A stretch of 62,376 bases of DNA, the filler included, from Nemertoderma westbladi (lineage: Eukaryota; Animalia; Xenacoelomorpha), in assembly GCA_032718475.1 (NCBI GenBank). It is 4 parts of 4 records of this genome, joined end to end, with 100 filler letters (N's around TTAATTAATTAA, not from the genome) between each part and the next. Parts side by side here need not be neighbours in the genome. Positions count along the whole stretch, not along the records: positions 57,741 to 62,376 come from JAUCBJ010004050.1; 3 more parts are not named here. One strand, 5' to 3'. The notes under the pieces are model-generated. The model made no database searches. It was not told where the DNA came from and worked only from the letters and a program-made list of their open reading frames with translations. A program made the position numbers and the translations under genes. Shown one piece after another: positions 58,950-62,376 of this stretch; position 1 is the first letter of the stretch, and each line of letters starts with the position of its first letter.

Positions 58950-60185
58950 GCGTTTGTTATAAATAGATTATCTGCCGATAAAGTTGGCCCAGACGGTTTA
59001 ACTAATGAGATCTACACTAATGACACTACCTGTCTATAGTAGTATAGTAGTAAGGCCTTTGACCTAGTAAATCACTACAAACTTTTTTCAAAACTATCTG
59101 AACGTAATATCCCGTTGTTTTATGTTAGAGTAATACGCTATTGGTATAGATTCTAAAATTTAAAGATAAGTTGGAGAGGATGTATCTCAAGTAGTTTTAG
59201 GGTTACAAATGGGACAAACAGGGGGGATTCTTTCAGGGTACTTTTACGCCGTTTACATAGATGACTTGAGTTCGAACCTGACAGGTACAAATTGAGGATG
59301 TCAATTGCGCAATAAAATATGAAATCATTTAATGTATGCAGATGACCTCTCATTAATCTCTAATTCTATAGAAGGTATGAAACATTTGATCTCAACATAC
59401 GTAGATTACGCTGATAAGCACTCCATTGTATTAATATAAAAAAATGTAAATTTATGTACTTCCTTCCAAAAACAAATAAAAAAGTAGTGTAGTAAATAGC
59501 ATCTCTATTAATGGGAAATATTTAGAAACAGTAAACAAATATAAATATCTAGGTCACATCTTTCACAATACAACCGATGATAGTTTCGATATACTTAATC
59601 AATTATCTAGTCTATATAGAAGAGGTAATTTTTTAATAAGAAAATTCTCAGGCTGTAGTAAAGATGTGAACATTAAACTGTTCCGTCCATTCTGTACGTA
59701 GATCTACTGTAACTCCCTTTGGACCAGATGTAATTATAGTTTATCCATTTACGATAGGTTCCGTGTAGGAAACAATAATATAATCAGAAGACTTTTTGGT
59801 TTCAAATACGTCTCTTACATCTGTGGGGTACTTAATTTGCCCAAACTCATCCATATCCGATACAATTCTCGTGAGTCATTGTTGCATCGTGTCAAGGAAT
59901 CTGAAAATAGCCGCCTTGTTCAAGTTGTAGCCCAGGAGAGACATCAAACTAGCCGAGTCGTTGGTGTGGGCTACCCAGTTAGCCTCTGATAGACCTGTAT
60001 TTTTTTTTTATTACCTGCATCGGGGCCCCAAACCAATTGTTGCTTTTTACCTTACCATAATTATAATTTACCGGTTTCTGTTTTACCCTTTTGTGCTGTG
60101 CAATCAATATATGTTATGTTATCGGTTTTTATGGGCTGCTCCTTTATAGCCTGGATTAAAGATATAAATAAATAAAATAAAATTT
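58950..60185 (+). mobile_element. Highly decayed LINE RT/3' fragment
   Basis: GPDGL (~58986), KQGGILS (~59215), LMYADDL (~59329) and YKYLGH (~59539). (TAAA)n-like tail at ~60165-60183. Confidence 0.8.
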
Positions 60186-60314
60186 GATAATAAATTAGTA
60201 CAACAATAATGAACCTATTTATAAAGCAAAATTAGTGAGAAATTAAAACCCGTCCCTGTTAAATTTAGATCAGTGAGTGATGCGCGGGGGGGGGGGGGGG
60301 GTAGACATTTCTGA

Positions 60315-60722
60315 CGTGCAATGTAAAAAGACCGCAAGTCGCATTTTTCCAAAATTCACTTTTTCTGGGTCTAAAAAATGCGCTCTATCTAATGGTATAA
60401 TCGAAACACCGTATCTACTCTAGTTCTCGAGATATGCAATGTAGAAAGGCCGTAAGTCACAACATATGTTTATGTTACAATGGTAAAAGACCGTAAGTGC
60501 AATACAAAAGACCGCAACAACTTAAATTTATGCAAAAAAACCGTAAGTCACAAGACTTGCGGTGTTTTGTCATTGCATAGATAATAAGAAAACGCACATA
60601 CGGTTTTATTGAAATATGTGTCTTTTGACTTGCGGTTTTTTACTATTAGCAGAAAAGGCGCGAAATTCAAAATTGAAATTTCACTAAGTGACTTGCGGTG
60701 TTTTATCATCATATAGCTCGAT
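60315..60722. mobile_element. Possible small DNA transposon with imperfect TIRs and ACCG(C/T)AAGTC subterminal repeats
   Basis: AAGACCGCAAGTC-type motifs in the left half, and inverted GACTTGCGGT at ~60554, 60627 and 60689. Confidence 0.45.
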
Positions 60723-61951
60723 CATCATATAACCCAGGCCTCACAGAGAAACTACTGCGTAAGAGCCAGAACGGATTTCGACCAAGTAGATCAACAATAG
60801 CTCAGATACTTGCACTGCGGAGACTGATTGAAGGAATTAAGTCAAAGAATCTCTCCGCAGTCATGACTTTTGAGGACTTCAAGAAGGCATTCGACTCCAT
60901 CCATAGAGGTAAAATGCTTGAAATCCTAAGAGCTTATGGAATACCAGAAGTAATTGTTGCTGGCATTGGATTGTTATATTGTGACACAGAAGCGCAGGTA
61001 CTCTCACCAGATGGTGAAACTGAGTTTTTCTCAATCCTGGCTGGCGTACTGCAAGGTGACACATTAGCACCATTACTATTTGTATTTGTACTGGATTACG
61101 CAATGAGGACGGCCACAAAGGGTGAAGATCTGGGATTCACACTTCAAGAACGCAGAAGTAGTAGATATCCGGCAACTACAGTCACATACACCGACCGCGG
61201 ATGACATTGCCCTGCTCTCTAATACGCTAGTAGATGCACAGCTTCTACTAAATAAAGTGGAGAGGGCTGCTAAGGAGGTTGGATTGCATATAAATGCTAC
61301 CAAGACCGAATTCATGACTTTTAATGTTGATGGAAACTTGACAACCATTGATAATAATCAACTAAGGAAGGTTGAAGACTTCCAGTACCTTGGATCATGG
61401 ATAGAGAGTAGCAAAAAGGACATAGAAGTTAGGAAAGCAAAGGGTTGGGTAGCTCTATCAAAAATGGATACCATCTGGAAATCAGATCTCTCCAGGCACC
61501 TGAAGACTAAGTTCTTTCGAGCCACAGTGGAAAGTGTATTTTTATACGGGGGTGAGACCTGGACACTGACTAAATCACTTGAACAACGAATTGATGGTTG
61601 CTACACAAGACTACTATGGGCAGCCCTAAACATCACATCAGCTGGAGACAACACATGACAAATGCCGAGCTTTATGGTACAATACCACCTGTATCAACCA
61701 CCCTCCGTGAACGCAGATTAAGATTCAGTGGGCACTGCTGGCGAAGTAAAGACGAGGTCATACCAGATCTACTTCTCTGGCAACCAACTCATGGAAAGCG
61801 TAGTCGTGGACGACCTGCCATAACATATATAGATCAACTTGAAAAGGATACTGAACTTGGGAGAGACGAAATTGCGACAACTATGGAGAATCGGGAAGCC
61901 TGGAAGGATCTCATTTCCACTGTCCGAGTTCGCTCGACTTAGTAGTTGTAG
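60723..61951 (+). mobile_element. 5'-truncated RTE LINE, same family as 19126-21982
   Basis: Near-identical RT C-terminal half ending VRVRST*. (TAG)n tail. Candidate 9-bp TSD TAGCTCGAT at 60714-60722 and 61952-61960. Two frameshifts. Confidence 0.95.
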
Positions 61952-62376
61952 TAGCTCGATGCTACGGAACAACCCGTCGACTAGAGAATAGACATTGCAA
62001 TTATTTCATTAAGATAAACCCTAAGTAAACGTCACTACATTTTACACTTTACATGGCTATGTTAGTTTTCGAGCTGTGGTCCCTTTCTGGCACCAATCTG
62101 CAGTATTCTTTGTCCTAAATTTTCAAAAGTTATTATGGCTCAGTAAAAGTAATTTATTTTCTGCATATAGCGGTTTTTTGGATGCTGATCACGATTATAG
62201 AACTCAAATATAACATTCGAGAACATTTTTGGCAATTTTGAATTTGCCCCCTGGGGCACGAAAAAAACAAGTAGTGCAAATATCATAATAATTAAATATC
62301 ACAACAAAATCAATATCAACATAATGTTAAGTCCAGCCAGAGGCTGACCAATTAATAGTCAAAGAGACTAGATTCT

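Overview
AT-rich, repeat-dense eukaryotic (invertebrate-type metazoan) scaffold made of four contigs joined by artificial N44-TTAATTAATTAA-N44 linkers. The only clear host gene is a minus-strand, intron-poor F-BAR/C1/RhoGAP gene of the ARHGAP45(HMHA1)/ARHGAP29/GMIP family, with three coding exons supported between 39044 and 32092. The rest is mobile or repetitive DNA. It includes an 11-kb 40-bp satellite with 3.1-3.7-kb higher-order repeats, bracketed by ~210-bp direct repeats and hit at its last monomer by an RTE LINE. Also present are a 27-bp satellite, several decayed LINEs, tRNA-derived SINEs, several MITEs, a Penelope-like fragment with inverted terminal repeats and a hammerhead-like motif, and a decayed Polinton/adintovirus-type DNA polymerase B gene. 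One three-level nest consists of a TA-MITE containing a Helitron, which carries a 146-bp tandem array of CTCF-like motifs, which in turn contains a 2.2-kb solo LTR. The many long ORFs at 8-19 kb and 30-31.7 kb are artefacts of satellite periodicity. All calls were made by eye, with no database searches.
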